A stretch of DNA of 64,000 nt from positions 1,952,001-2,016,000 of the forward strand of contig CAXVYR010000004.1 in assembly GCA_963666975.2 (NCBI GenBank), given 5' to 3'. This document shows, one piece after another, positions 21,230 to 31,332 of the stretch (positions are counted from its first letter, which is position 1; each line of letters starts with the position of its first letter). The position numbers were made by a program, and so were the translations under genes. The notes below the pieces were generated by a model. The model was not told where the DNA came from and did not search any database. It saw nothing but the letters and a program-made list of their open reading frames with translations. The stretch is from Terriglobia bacterium. Lineage in GTDB: Bacteria; Acidobacteriota; Terriglobia; 2-12-FULL-54-10.

Positions 21230-22186
21230 ATGGCGAAGATTGTCCTGGGTCTGGGCACGCCCCACAGCCCGCAGTTGAACATCCCGGCCAGCCGGTGGTC
21301 CTTGCTGGTGGAAAAAGATCGGAAGGATACCCGCATTGACTACGAAGGCCTCGCGCGCCAGGCCAAGCCAGGCATGGAGAAGGAACTCAGCGAACAGAAA
21401 ATGCAGGAGCGGTATGAGGCGATGCAGAAGGCGTTAAACACTCTTCGCCAGACGCTCCACCAGGCCTCTCCGGACGTGATGATCGCTTTGGGGGATGATC
21501 AACACGAGCAATTTCTTGACGACAACATGCCGATGTTCTGCGTTTACCGGGGAAGCTCGCTGACGATTGTGAAACGGCAGGTTCCTTCGGATCGCGCGTG
21601 GCGGCAGGCAGAAGAAGAAGGGCTGTCGGATGCGCCCATGCGCTTTGACGCGCACGCGGAGCTGGCGGATCATTTGATTGCAAGCTTCGTGGAGCAGGGT
21701 TTTGACGTCGCCTGCTCCAATCAACTCCGGGAGGAAGTCGGTCTCGGCCACGCCTTTAGCTTCGTCTATCGGAAACTCCTTCCGGCGGGCAACATTCCGA
21801 TGGTTCCCGTCATGCTGAACACATTTTACCCGCCGAACCAGCCGAGCCCGCGGCGCTGTTACGCCTTCGGGCAGGCGCTGCGAACGGCCATTGAGGCTTG
21901 GGACAGCAACAAGAAGGTGGCTGTGATTACCAGCGGAGGTTTAAGCCACGTGATCATCGACGAGGAGCTGGACCGTACGATGCTGGACGCCCTCCAGCGC
22001 AAAGACCGTGAAAAACTGGGGCTGCTGCCCGTCGAGAAGTTGCGGTTGGGAACATCCGAGATTAGAAACTGGATCGCGACGGCTGGTGCATTGGAGCACC
22101 TGCGGATGGAGCTGATTGATTACATCCCCGCCTACCGCTCCCCGGCAGGGACCGGTTGCGGGATGGCTTTTGTGGAGTGGCGCTGA
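21230..22186 (+). CDS. LigB-family extradiol ring-cleavage dioxygenase
   Basis: GTPHSPQL, GDDQHE, LGHAF, SGGLSH, GTSEIRNW, YRSPAGTG. Confidence 0.88.
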   Translation: MAKIVLGLGTPHSPQLNIPASRWSLLVEKDRKDTRIDYEGLARQAKPGMEKELSEQKMQERYEAMQKALNTLRQTLHQASPDVMIALGDDQHEQFLDDNMPMFCVYRGSSLTIVKRQVPSDRAWRQAEEEGLSDAPMRFDAHAELADHLIASFVEQGFDVACSNQLREEVGLGHAFSFVYRKLLPAGNIPMVPVMLNTFYPPNQPSPRRCYAFGQALRTAIEAWDSNKKVAVITSGGLSHVIIDEELDRTMLDALQRKDREKLGLLPVEKLRLGTSEIRNWIATAGALEHLRMELIDYIPAYRSPAGTGCGMAFVEWR

Positions 22187-22304
22187 TGGCACCTGTGCTG
22201 CGTTTTGGGATCGTAGGGCTGGGAGTGGCCAGCACGCAGGTCCTCCCCCACATAGCCAGGCACCCCGGCGCGAAATGACCTGCCCCCGGTTATTGGTCCA
22301 CTAT

Positions 22305-23180
22305 CTATGTTAGACCATACGCCGTTGCAGCCGGGTGGAGCGGAGCGGAACCCGGCAGTAACGGCAGGATCACTTCCGGGGCTGGCGGTCGGTAGCCCAA
22401 CGCGCTGTGCGGGCGAACTTTGTTATACTCCCGCCGCCATCCCTCAATCAACACCTTTGCTTCCCGCAAAGTGTAGAAGATCACTCTATTCAGAAACTCG
22501 TCTCGTAACTTTCCATTAAACGATTCTACATACCCGTTTTCCCATGGGCTCCCAGGCGCGATGAAGAGGGTTTTCACCCCTACCCGCTCCAGCCAGTTCC
22601 GCACCAACCGTGCTGTGAACTCGGACCCATTATCCGAGCGAAGGTAATCGGTAACTCCCCGCTCCACAAACAAGGCTGCCAGCCGTTCCAAAACACTCAT
22701 CGAATCGGCTCGCCGTTCTACGTCGATCGCCAAACACTCTCGCGTGTACTCATCCACCACCGTCAACATCTTCAGTGGACGACCGTCCCGGGTTCGATCT
22801 GCCACAAAATCGTATGCCCAGACATGATCCGGCCAACACGGTCGTAACCGAAGGCACGACCCATCGTTCAACCACAGTCGGCCTCTTCGGGGTTGTTTCT
22901 TCGGCACTTTCAGCCCCTCCTGCCGCCAGATTCTCTCCACACGCTTATGGTTCACTTGCCACCCCTCCCGTCTCAACAGCGCCGTGATCCGCCGGTAGCC
23001 GTAACGGCCGTACTCGCCGGCTAGCTGCAGCGTCCGGGTTACCAGTCTCGGTTCATCCTGTGGTGCCCAGCTTCGACGCCGCTGTGTGGATCGATACTGC
23101 TTCAGCACTCGACACGCCCGCCGCTCCCAAGGTCTGGCAGACATGCTCCACTGCCTGCCTCCGCCGGCGCGGGCTCAGAA
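22305..23180 (-). pseudogene. IS3 OrfB DDE transposase with a frameshift near its start
   Basis: WAYDF, SDNGSEF, PWENGYVESFNGKLRDE; LLSPRRRRQAVEHVCQTLG and ERRACRVL lie in different frames. Confidence 0.8.
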
Positions 23181-23453
23181 GTTTCCCGAGGATGCCTCCT
23201 TCAGTATCGCAAGGTCCAACGCCTGATCCGCTACCAACTTCTTCAGTCGGCCATTCTCCCGTTCCAGTTCCTTCAGACGCCTCACCTGATCAACCCGTAA
23301 GCTCCCGTACTCCTTCCGCCATCGATAATATGTCTGTTCCGTGATTCCCAACTTCCGACAGACCTCTCCGGTTGTCTGGCCCTTAGCCAGTTCCACTTCC
23401 GCCTCTCGTAGATGTCGGATGATCTGTTCGGCTGTATATCGCTTCTTCGGCAT
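23175..23453 (-). CDS. IS3 OrfA (HTH)
   Basis: YTAEQII...CRKLGITEQTYYRWRKEYG...LKELEREN. Confidence 0.92.
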   Translation of the reverse strand: MPKKRYTAEQIIRHLREAEVELAKGQTTGEVCRKLGITEQTYYRWRKEYGSLRVDQVRRLKELERENGRLKKLVADQALDLAILKEASSGNF

Positions 23454-24006
23454 CCTCTCCCCCTTCCTCAGTCCAGTCCGTACCCTAAACTCTAACTTAT
23501 CAACTGGACCAATTTATGGGGGGCAGGTCAGCACCCAGAGGGAGCAGTCGATCCCTGGGGAAGGCGTGATATGACAACAGAACTCAGCCTGCTCAGGGCC
23601 ATGAATATTGGTCTAGCGGGTGGTAATTCAGCTTTTTGTCCTCGACCATCTCCTGAAGAATTGCCTCGATCTTTTCTTCGTACTGCGGATCCCGTGTGTC
23701 CGGCAAGCCCATGGCCTTGTGTTGCTTCTCCATCGTTTGGGTGAGCTTCCTCTGGGCTTTGTCTACAATCCTTTAATCCGGAATTAGTTTTTGGCCTCCC
23801 TGATTTCACTCCCTACTTCGTTTCGCAGGCTACCACCAGCAGGGGGCAGGGGGTAATGGTAGGGGCCGTCATTATGGGACCCCTATCATTTTCGTATTGG
23901 ATAGGTGATGACCAAAAGGAACATCTCCCAGAAGCTGCCCTGGAACCAGAGGGTGCAATATATGGCAGGGCCGGAATTCTGGGGTGTTTCCCTCGGAATG
24001 TTCGAC

Positions 24007-24849
24007 CTACTGGTTTTCTTCCCTATTGGCGGCTCGCTGCTGGATCACGCGGGTCACCGTCTCTCGCTGGTCCTGGAACTGCCTCTGAGCCAAGGCCAGT
24101 TTCTCCTCCAAGTTCCGCATATGACTCTCGAATCCGTTCAGTTGTGTCTTGCGCTTGTCCTGTTCGGCCTTCAACTGGTGGGCCAGAACCTCCGCAGCCT
24201 TCTTTTCCTGCCTCAGCGTCTGGCGGAGGGTAGCCATCTCCTGCCCCCGTGCCTTCGCCTCTTGTTTCTCCTGCTTAAGTGTTTCTTGCAGGTTTTGTGC
24301 GAAAGCCGCTGCCTTGCTCAACTGGATCCGGCCCTGATCTCTTTCAGCTGCTAACAGTCGGATTAAACGAATCGCAGTCTCTCTTTGGTCTTGCAAAGCC
24401 TGCTTTGCTTGAGCTAAGTCCTTTTCTAGCCTGCGGGCGCGTGCTTCGGATTCCTCCCGCTGTGCATGGCTGGAGTCCCGTTCCGCCTTTGGCTGCAGAT
24501 TCTTTTCCTCTGGCTCTTTTTCCCTGTGCTCCTGGATTTCCTCTTCAGCCCTCTTGTCCAGAAACCGCAGCAGCTTCGTCATTCCGACAGGTTCCTTTAA
24601 GAACATCATGGACCAATAATCCTGTTGAACGCGCACCACCATTCCTCTGACCTCGAACACCCCTGGGTAATCCTGAACCTCCAAGCGGGCTGTAATCTCC
24701 TCTCCTTGAATAGGATTGGCCTCGGCACGAATGTGAGCCCCCCATTGTCCAATATCGACTAGCTCACCGGGAGTTTCCATTGACTGCGCTTGGAACAGAA
24801 TCCTCCCAGTCACGGGGTAACGCTTGTAACTTCGTCTCTCGGTGGTCAT
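24007..24849 (-). CDS. PilZ-domain protein with coiled-coil tail
   Basis: ERRSYKRY (RxxxR) and DIGQWG (DxSxxG-like); E/K/Q-rich C-terminal half with internal repeat QDQRET. Confidence 0.75.
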   Translation of the reverse strand: MTTERRSYKRYPVTGRILFQAQSMETPGELVDIGQWGAHIRAEANPIQGEEITARLEVQDYPGVFEVRGMVVRVQQDYWSMMFLKEPVGMTKLLRFLDKRAEEEIQEHREKEPEEKNLQPKAERDSSHAQREESEARARRLEKDLAQAKQALQDQRETAIRLIRLLAAERDQGRIQLSKAAAFAQNLQETLKQEKQEAKARGQEMATLRQTLRQEKKAAEVLAHQLKAEQDKRKTQLNGFESHMRNLEEKLALAQRQFQDQRETVTRVIQQRAANREENQ

Positions 24850-25529
24850 GAGAACATCTTATCGGGTCTGTCCCTGATTTCCTTGCGATTTTTTGCCTGT
24901 CTGCCGTCTGATCGGTGAAAAATTTGGGACAGGTCCCCTATAGCCTTTCTGAATTTCTCTTTACGTCCTCACCCGGTTTGCACATAGCGGCCCTTCTTGT
25001 CGGGGTATTAGCCATCCTCTCGGCCAAGGTGATATCTGAGAGTATCCCTGAAGCCAAAGAGAGCCTGAAATCTAAGAGTGTGAAAAAATTGGACATGTTA
25101 ATTAGCCTAAGCGGACCCCGGCATGGCGACCTCAAATCACCCTTACCGAAGTTTGATGATTAATGCACGACTCCTGACCGTCTACTCCGTTACCCAGCCA
25201 GCCCTTTTTATTTTTGCTGAGACCGGCCAGTAGAGTAAAAGATAGATTAACCGAATCAATTAACGCGCCGCTTGTTCGATACTCGTCAAATCTTCCGCAG
25301 GCAGTGTGGTTCTTCATTCCAGATCAAGAGATCAGACTCTGAACGGCGACATCCGTTTTTTTCTTGGTGACCGGTTCTTCTTCATGGCAAGCGGCCCTCC
25401 ATGACCGTTGACCATTAATGAAGCGAAGAATCTCTGTGGCGTATCGTGCCCGAGTACGCCGTCAACAGACCATTCCGGGCGATGGTCGCCTACTCGGAAA
25501 CAATCGCGATCTGCGGGCCTTCAACGCTC

Positions 25530-25640
25530 GCCCAACAGCAGCAAGCGATGACCGATGCGGTTCGCGCGGGCCGCCCGGTAGGGGAAGTGATGGCAGGCAT
25601 GGCGTATGAATCCATGCTTCTCCCGAAACAGAAGCCATAA
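25530..25640 (+). pseudogene. C-terminal remnant of an RraA-family gene
   Basis: QAMTDAVRAGRPVGEVMAGMAYESML resembles RraA-family tails; stop lies 1 nt before the next ATG. Confidence 0.45.
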
Positions 25641-25641
25641 T

Positions 25642-26295
25642 ATGGATGAGTTGGTTACAGCTTTTCAGGAAATTTCTCTCACGGCGGTTTCCGACGCTCT
25701 GGATCGCTGCGGGCTGCATGGAACCTGCCTGGGTATCTCCCCGGTTGCGTTTGGCTGTCAGACGGCGGGACGCGCCTTTACTGTGAAATACCATCCCGTC
25801 GGCGTGGAAAAGGGCACCGTCGGAGACTTTATTAACGATGTGCCCCAGGGCCATGTTGTAGTGCTCGATAATGCAGGCCGTCTCGATTGCACCGTTTGGG
25901 GAGATCTATTAACCCTCGTGGCTCATCGAAAGGGCCTCGCGGGGACTGTGATCGACGGAGTTTGCCGGGATGTAAAGCGCAGCGTGGAAATCGGCTATCC
26001 GATTTTCAGTCGCGGCCGGTTTATGCGCACCGGGAAGGATCGAGTCGAGGTGGCCGGGATCAACGCGCCCGTTGAAATCGGAGGTGTGCAGGTGCGACCT
26101 GGGGACATGATCCTCGGATCCGACGATGGCGTCCTCATCGTACCCCAGGAAAAAGAAGCTGAAATTTTGTCGATTGCGCGGTCGGTCGAAGAAACGGAAG
26201 AAAGGATTCGAACCGAGCTGTTAGAAGGGACCCCGCTGAAGCAGGCGCGCCGGAAGCATGGCTACCATCGACTGCAACGGAGACAAAGTAATTAA
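25642..26295 (+). CDS. RraA family / HMG aldolase-like protein
   Basis: AVSDALD, TVWGDLL, VIDGVCRD, VRPGDMILGSDDGV. Confidence 0.88.
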   Translation: MDELVTAFQEISLTAVSDALDRCGLHGTCLGISPVAFGCQTAGRAFTVKYHPVGVEKGTVGDFINDVPQGHVVVLDNAGRLDCTVWGDLLTLVAHRKGLAGTVIDGVCRDVKRSVEIGYPIFSRGRFMRTGKDRVEVAGINAPVEIGGVQVRPGDMILGSDDGVLIVPQEKEAEILSIARSVEETEERIRTELLEGTPLKQARRKHGYHRLQRRQSN

Positions 26296-26344
26296 GAATC
26301 GCGCAAGATAAAGCGGAGGATAGGAAGATCGGAGGAAACTTGAT

Positions 26345-26980
26345 TTGCCTGATGGCGAGAGAGTAATTTCCCGTCCCGATTCCGCGCTGATTCAGCGCGC
26401 CGCGAAATTTTCTACGGCGACACTGGGGGAAGCCACCGGCAAACCGATTGACCTTCCCGTGGCCATCAAGCCGGTTTCACCCAGGATGAGGGCATGCGGC
26501 CCGGCCGTTACGGTCGCCTCTCCTGCTCGGGATAACCTGACGCTTCATCAGGCAATCTACGTTGCGAACCCGGGAGACGTGCTCGTAGTAGAGGTGTCCG
26601 GGCTCTACGAGGCAGGTTATTGGGAGGATATCATGACCCATGCCGCCCTCCATCGCAAGATTGCCGGCTTGGTGATCGATGGGTGTGTGCGGGACAGTGA
26701 CGCCATTGAGGAGGCGGGATTCCCGGTCTTTTCCAGAGGTCTTTGTATTCGCGGCACAGCGAAACGGGGAAAAGGCAAGATGAACCAGCCCATCACGATC
26801 GGCGAGGTCTCGATTAGGCCGGGGGATTTGGTTGTTGGTGACAGGGATGGCGTCGTGGTCATCCCCCAGTCGGAGATACTCGAAGTTTTGGCGGAGGCGG
26901 GAAAGCGCGATCAGAAGGAGAACCGGGTCAAGGACGAGCTGGCGGCAGGCAAAACCACGCTCGAGATCTACGGATGGTGA
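26345..26980 (+). CDS. HMG/CHA aldolase (LigK-like, RraA family)
   Basis: GPAVTV, DNLTLH, LVIDGCVRD, PGDLVVGDRDGVV. Confidence 0.88.
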   Translation: MPDGERVISRPDSALIQRAAKFSTATLGEATGKPIDLPVAIKPVSPRMRACGPAVTVASPARDNLTLHQAIYVANPGDVLVVEVSGLYEAGYWEDIMTHAALHRKIAGLVIDGCVRDSDAIEEAGFPVFSRGLCIRGTAKRGKGKMNQPITIGEVSIRPGDLVVGDRDGVVVIPQSEILEVLAEAGKRDQKENRVKDELAAGKTTLEIYGW

Positions 26981-27161
26981 GGAAGCCAGCATGGTGACGC
27001 GTCCTGCTCCTGTATGCGCCGAATCGTTAAGGAGGCTGCTGAAAAGCACCGTAACACCGCTCCCTCACGGGGTCCCCAGCACGCCGCTGTCAGCGTGCTG
27101 GAGTGTCTCACGACCCGCCGCCTACAATAATGCAGTCGTAACTCAACGCAACTCCTCCGGC

Positions 27162-29237
27162 TCAGAACATTTCCGGGAAGGAAAACGTCAGCACGGCGTT
27201 GAGGCGCTTGTCGCTCACAATCAATTCCTTGTGCTTGGGATTGAGCGCAACCCCGCGCGGCATTTGGAGCACTCCTTTGGGGCCTCCAATCCGCCACCGG
27301 GGCGGAACGTCTCCATTGTCCTCAACGCTCCATATGCCGACATAGGCGGTATCGGAGGCCAGCTCTCCCTCGCCCCGGTCGCCGAGAATGATCCACCCGC
27401 GGGGCGGATAGACGGTGAACGGCCCGGAAAGTCTTCGGAAGCCGCTTTTCGGCCCTCCGATGATTGCCTTGGGTTTCACGTTGCCGTTGTCGGTGCGGTT
27501 GAAGATCAGGATGCGGGGCGTCTCCGGTTCGCCGGGCAGCTCGCTCACCACGATCAGCAGGTTATGGACCGGATCCACGGCCACTGCGTTGGTGTCGAGC
27601 AGCGTGTCCAGACCTTGTAATACCCGAATCGGCGCAACGTCGCCGTTGCCGTCCCGGGGATAGACGAGCACTTTGTCCGTTTGGGGGACAAAGATCTCGT
27701 TGTGCACCGGGTCCACGGCCAGCCGGTTGGGATAGGTCAGGCCGGTGCTGGGGCCCTGGATGTAGCGCACCGGCGCTTCCTCCCCACTCGCTCCTCCCCG
27801 GAACGCCAGAATGGCCTGGGGAAACGGCACCGGAAGGAAAAACTCATCATGAACCTCGTCATAGACAATCGAGTGCATCGTCCGGCCCAGCAGCGTCTTC
27901 TGCCCTTCGAGCTTCCGCATCGGCTTCGCTCCCCCATCCGCCAACCTGGCGAATGTCGCAATCTGCGGATGCGCCACTCAGTTCGGCACCAGAATCTCTT
28001 CCCGCTTGCTGTCGTACGCCACCGGATGCGGGTTCCCGATCCCCAGCGCCGGCTCATCCAGCGGCCCGCTCCGGATGATCCGCAGCGGTTCGACGTCGCC
28101 CGAAGCCCCTCTCGGATAAACCGTCGCCGAATGGTTTCCGAAGTTGGCCGCCCATAACTCGTCGTTTTCCAGGTCCAGATACACGCCGGTTGGATTCTTG
28201 AGATGCGTCTTCGGGCCCTGGACCACCCGGATCGGCGCGGCATCACCGTTTGCTGTCGTGCTTAAGATCAATATCGAGTTCCCCATGTCATTAGCCACAT
28301 ACAGCTCCCCGCGCTCCACGTCGATGGCCAGATGCGCCGACCAGTTCATCTGCGTCTTCGGCCCCTCGATCACGCGCAGCGGCGGCGTGTCCCCGCTGGC
28401 ATCCAGCGCATAGACGGTGATCGAGGGCGGTGAAAACTTTCCCGACCCCGGCACCTGTTCCCGCACCGGCCAGTTCTGTTTCCCCTCGGTTCGGTCCGGT
28501 CTGTAAAACGTTCCCCCGGGCCGCTTCTGGTGGGAGTTGCCGTAGTTGCTCACGAACATCACTTTGTTCTTTGTGTCGATGGCGATCCCGTGCGGATCTT
28601 CTAGTTTGGTTCGCTCCCCCTGGAGAAGCCGGAGCGGAGACTCGTCTTTCACGGCCGATTTCCGGAAGACCACGACGGCATTATCATGCTGCTCGGTCAG
28701 GAACATTTCCTGCGCTTCCTCGTCCACCGCGATCCCGAATGTCCCGTGCGGCGTGTACAACTCGCGCGTCGGCGGCACGTTCCCTTTTGCATCCCGGCCA
28801 AAGATCACCAACGTGTCCACCGTGTCGTTGTTTACTCCGTAGATGTCGCCGCTGGCCGGGTCGATGTACAGTCCGCATTGGAACTCGATCTTGGTATTCA
28901 GTCCTCCGATCATCCGCTTCGGCTCGGTCATCGTGGCCGTCGGCGGAGTGTTGTCCAGCCGGTCGTACACCAGAATGTTGAACAGGTTCTCGTCTGTCAG
29001 CACCACCTCGTTGCGGATCGGGTCCACGGCCACCGCGCTGTAGGCCGCATACGGGTCTCGGATCATCCGGACCGGCTTCCGCTGGGGGAAATCTCCTCCC
29101 TGGGACTGGCCGTCCCCCCGCGCCGCCAGCCGCTCCTGCCGGAACGCCATCAGATGACTCGTACTCGCCGGCATCCACTGACACATCTCCCCGTCCATCT
29201 CTCGAATCGGTGTGGGTAGCGGCGTAATGGAAAGCAA
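27162..29237 (-). CDS. 12-bladed (NHL-like) beta-propeller protein with in-frame UGA at 27978-27980, candidate selenoprotein; 5' end apparently truncated
   Basis: ORFs 27978-29237 and 27162-27977 abut in frame; repeated G..P.R.I.G..T.L..P.G.A.D units; the paralog has the same TGA. Confidence 0.85.
27935..27955 (-). promoter_or_regulatory. Candidate bacterial SECIS hairpin
   Basis: CAUUCGCCA-GGU-UGGCGGAUG, beginning 22 nt after the UGA. Confidence 0.8.
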
Positions 29238-29361
29238 TCGAGCCGACCCGGCCCCCCTCGCAGCAAATCCTGCCGGTCTTCCCCTGGGCTCCCGCTGTAT
29301 AGGACAAGTCCTCCGAGGACGCTCAGGTAATGGGGTCTTTTAGCTTGAAACAGGATGGGCC

Positions 29362-29384
29362 CGGTGCCAAATGATTTGGCACCG
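29362..29384. terminator. Perfect 10-bp hairpin downstream of the Doc toxin gene
   Basis: CGGTGCCAAA-TGA-TTTGGCACCG; no clear U-tract. Confidence 0.45.
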
Positions 29385-29400
29385 AAATATGGCGGAACGT

Positions 29401-29937
29401 TTAGCTATAGGATTGGATCACTTTTCTGACGCTCTTGCGGTGTGCAATCAAGCGCGCTTTTAATTCTTCCATTTCGCGGCTCCCCCCAATCAAGGGCAAT
29501 CTAATCGCGTTAGCACGAAATATCCGCTTGATTCGCTTCAGCATTAGGGTCGCTGGAATGCCCTGCTCATTGTGGCGGGCTGTCTCTTTTGCCAACCGAT
29601 ATACATCGCCAGAGGCTAAGGCCAAAAAATAAGCATGTGCCAACAAGAATTGGTCCACAGCAATCACGGCTGTTCTCTTGTTACCATTGGAAAACGAATG
29701 GTTGGTGACGAGGGAATGGAAAAGGGCTGCGGACTTATCGATAATCGTGCGATGTATGCTCTTGCCAAAGGCAGACTGAAATGGCCTATTTACCGCTGAA
29801 TCAAGAAGACGCACATCCCGATACTCTCCTGGACGGACGGGCTCGTCAAATGGCCAGTATTTCGAGACAAGCTCGTCATGGACCATTTCAACATAGGCCG
29901 TGCTCAACCTTATGTAACGAGCACTATTCCTTGGCAA
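29401..29937 (-). CDS. Fic/Doc (death-on-curing) family toxin
   Basis: RDVRLLDSAVNRP, KSAALFHSLVTNHSFSNGNKRTA. Confidence 0.88.
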   Translation of the reverse strand: MPRNSARYIRLSTAYVEMVHDELVSKYWPFDEPVRPGEYRDVRLLDSAVNRPFQSAFGKSIHRTIIDKSAALFHSLVTNHSFSNGNKRTAVIAVDQFLLAHAYFLALASGDVYRLAKETARHNEQGIPATLMLKRIKRIFRANAIRLPLIGGSREMEELKARLIAHRKSVRKVIQSYS

Positions 29938-30091
29938 GTTTTTTCAGGGCATCGTAATATTTGGCGGCAGAGACCACGACGGCTGGATCAACCCTTGCAC
30001 CAGCCTTAGAGAGCTTCCTGGAGATGCGAGGGGTGTTTTTTTCGATATTGCGGCCAAGGATTTTCACGTTCTGTTTTACCTGTACGGTCAT
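29924..30091 (-). CDS. Putative antitoxin, 55 aa (not in ORF track)
   Basis: AGGAGG RBS; MTVQVKQNVKILGRNIEKNTPRISRKLSKAGARVDPAVVVSAAKYYDALKKLAKE; overlaps toxin start by 14 nt. Confidence 0.75.
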   Translation of the reverse strand: MTVQVKQNVKILGRNIEKNTPRISRKLSKAGARVDPAVVVSAAKYYDALKKLAKE

Positions 30092-30180
30092 CGCTACCCC
30101 CTCCTGATGCTCACAGCATCTCTGAGATGCTCACAGTATACCTGATCGGTAATTCTGGTTCAATACTGAGAAAATGCCCC

Positions 30181-31241
30181 TGTCGTTAGCACATGATATG
30201 TCCGGTGGAAATAGCAAGTGAAGTGTCCGCTTGGAAGGCGGTCTGGGGTAAGAGCATCTATCCAGGAGGTGGAGATGGAGTCATACCCGAGGGCCGCGAT
30301 GGAGCGGGCAATGAAGATACAAGAAGTAATCTTGCGAGCGATAGGGAAGCGGATCAACTGGTGGCAGGCAGCCGAGATCATCGGGATCAGCGACCGGCAG
30401 ATGCGGCGGTGGCGCAGCCGGTAGGAGCAGGACGGCTACGACGGGCTGTTTGACCGGCGGCGGGGGAAACCAAGCCCGCGGCGGGTACCCCTGGGGACGA
30501 TGGAGAAGGTGCGGGGCTGGTAAACAAGAGGCGGAAGCGGGGCCTTCACCGCCAGCGGCGGCCCCGGCGGCCGTTGCCGGGGATGCTGCTGCATCTGGAT
30601 GGGAGCCAGCATCGGTGGTTTGCCGACGATCGCTGGTATGACCTGCTGGTGGTTCTGGATGATGGCAGCAGCGGAATTTACTATGCACAGCTGGTAGAGC
30701 AGGAATCGACGCGGACGGTGCTGGCTGCTCTGCGGGAGCTGGGCATTCAGATGATTCCGGCCTACTCGCCGCAGGCGCGAGGACGTGGCGAGCGGAATTT
30801 CGGGACCTGGCAAGGGCGGCTGCCGCAGGAACTGCGCCTGCGGGGGATCACGACGCTAAGAGGCCGCGAATGAGTTCCTGCGGGAGGGCTATATCGGGGA
30901 GTTCAATCGGCGCTTTGCCGTGCCGGCCGCCCAACAGGGCAGCGCCTTTTTGCCGTCAGCCAGACGGGAGTTAGGCCGCATCTTCTCGATCCAGCACGAA
31001 CGGGTGGTCAATCGGGACAATATGGACCGCACACAGTGGGCCGCTACTCCTCTGTGGGGGTGGCGGTCCGGTGCGGCGGCGGTCGGCGGCGGAGCCCACT
31101 GGCTTCCCGACGACACCATTCGGCGCTCACCTCAGTCGCCCTACGGGCTCCTTCGGTCAGCGCCGAACCACTCTCGGTAGGATCATGAAACCGGACACTT
31201 CACTTGCTACAAATACCGGACATTTCAACTTGCTAACAACA
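30181..31241 (+). mobile_element. Degraded IS481-like (ISNCY-type) element
   Basis: About 50-bp imperfect inverted repeats with TGT...ACA ends; transposase fragments MKIQEVILRA..WWQAAEIIG, LHLDGSQHRW, YSPQARGRGER with stops and deletions. Confidence 0.85.
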
Positions 31242-31244
31242 CGA

Positions 31245-31270
31245 CAGGCAGCCCGCAGGCAGGCTGCCTG
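31245..31270. terminator. GC-rich hairpin downstream of the anti-sigma gene
   Basis: CAGGCAGCC...GGCTGCCTG 9-bp stem. Confidence 0.35.
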
Positions 31271-31332
31271 GATCGTCTTCGATTCGAACGGTCAGCCGAT
31301 TACGCTTAGCCGATTACCCTAGCCGATGACAC

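Larger units (their letters stand above)
22276..23530 (-). mobile_element. IS3-family element (orfA/orfB)
   Basis: Terminal inverted repeats TGACCTGCCCCC..ATTGGTCCA; GGGAAAC slippery site at the orfA end; no clear target duplication. Confidence 0.92.

Noticed and set aside
24900-25440. Short ORFs in an AT-richer spacer
   Set aside because: No recognisable motifs or convincing starts; possibly decayed mobile DNA
27975-27980. Two translationally coupled genes (TGA followed by GTG start)
   Set aside because: The split falls inside a propeller blade, there is no good RBS, and the co-varying hairpin fits readthrough better; not formally excluded
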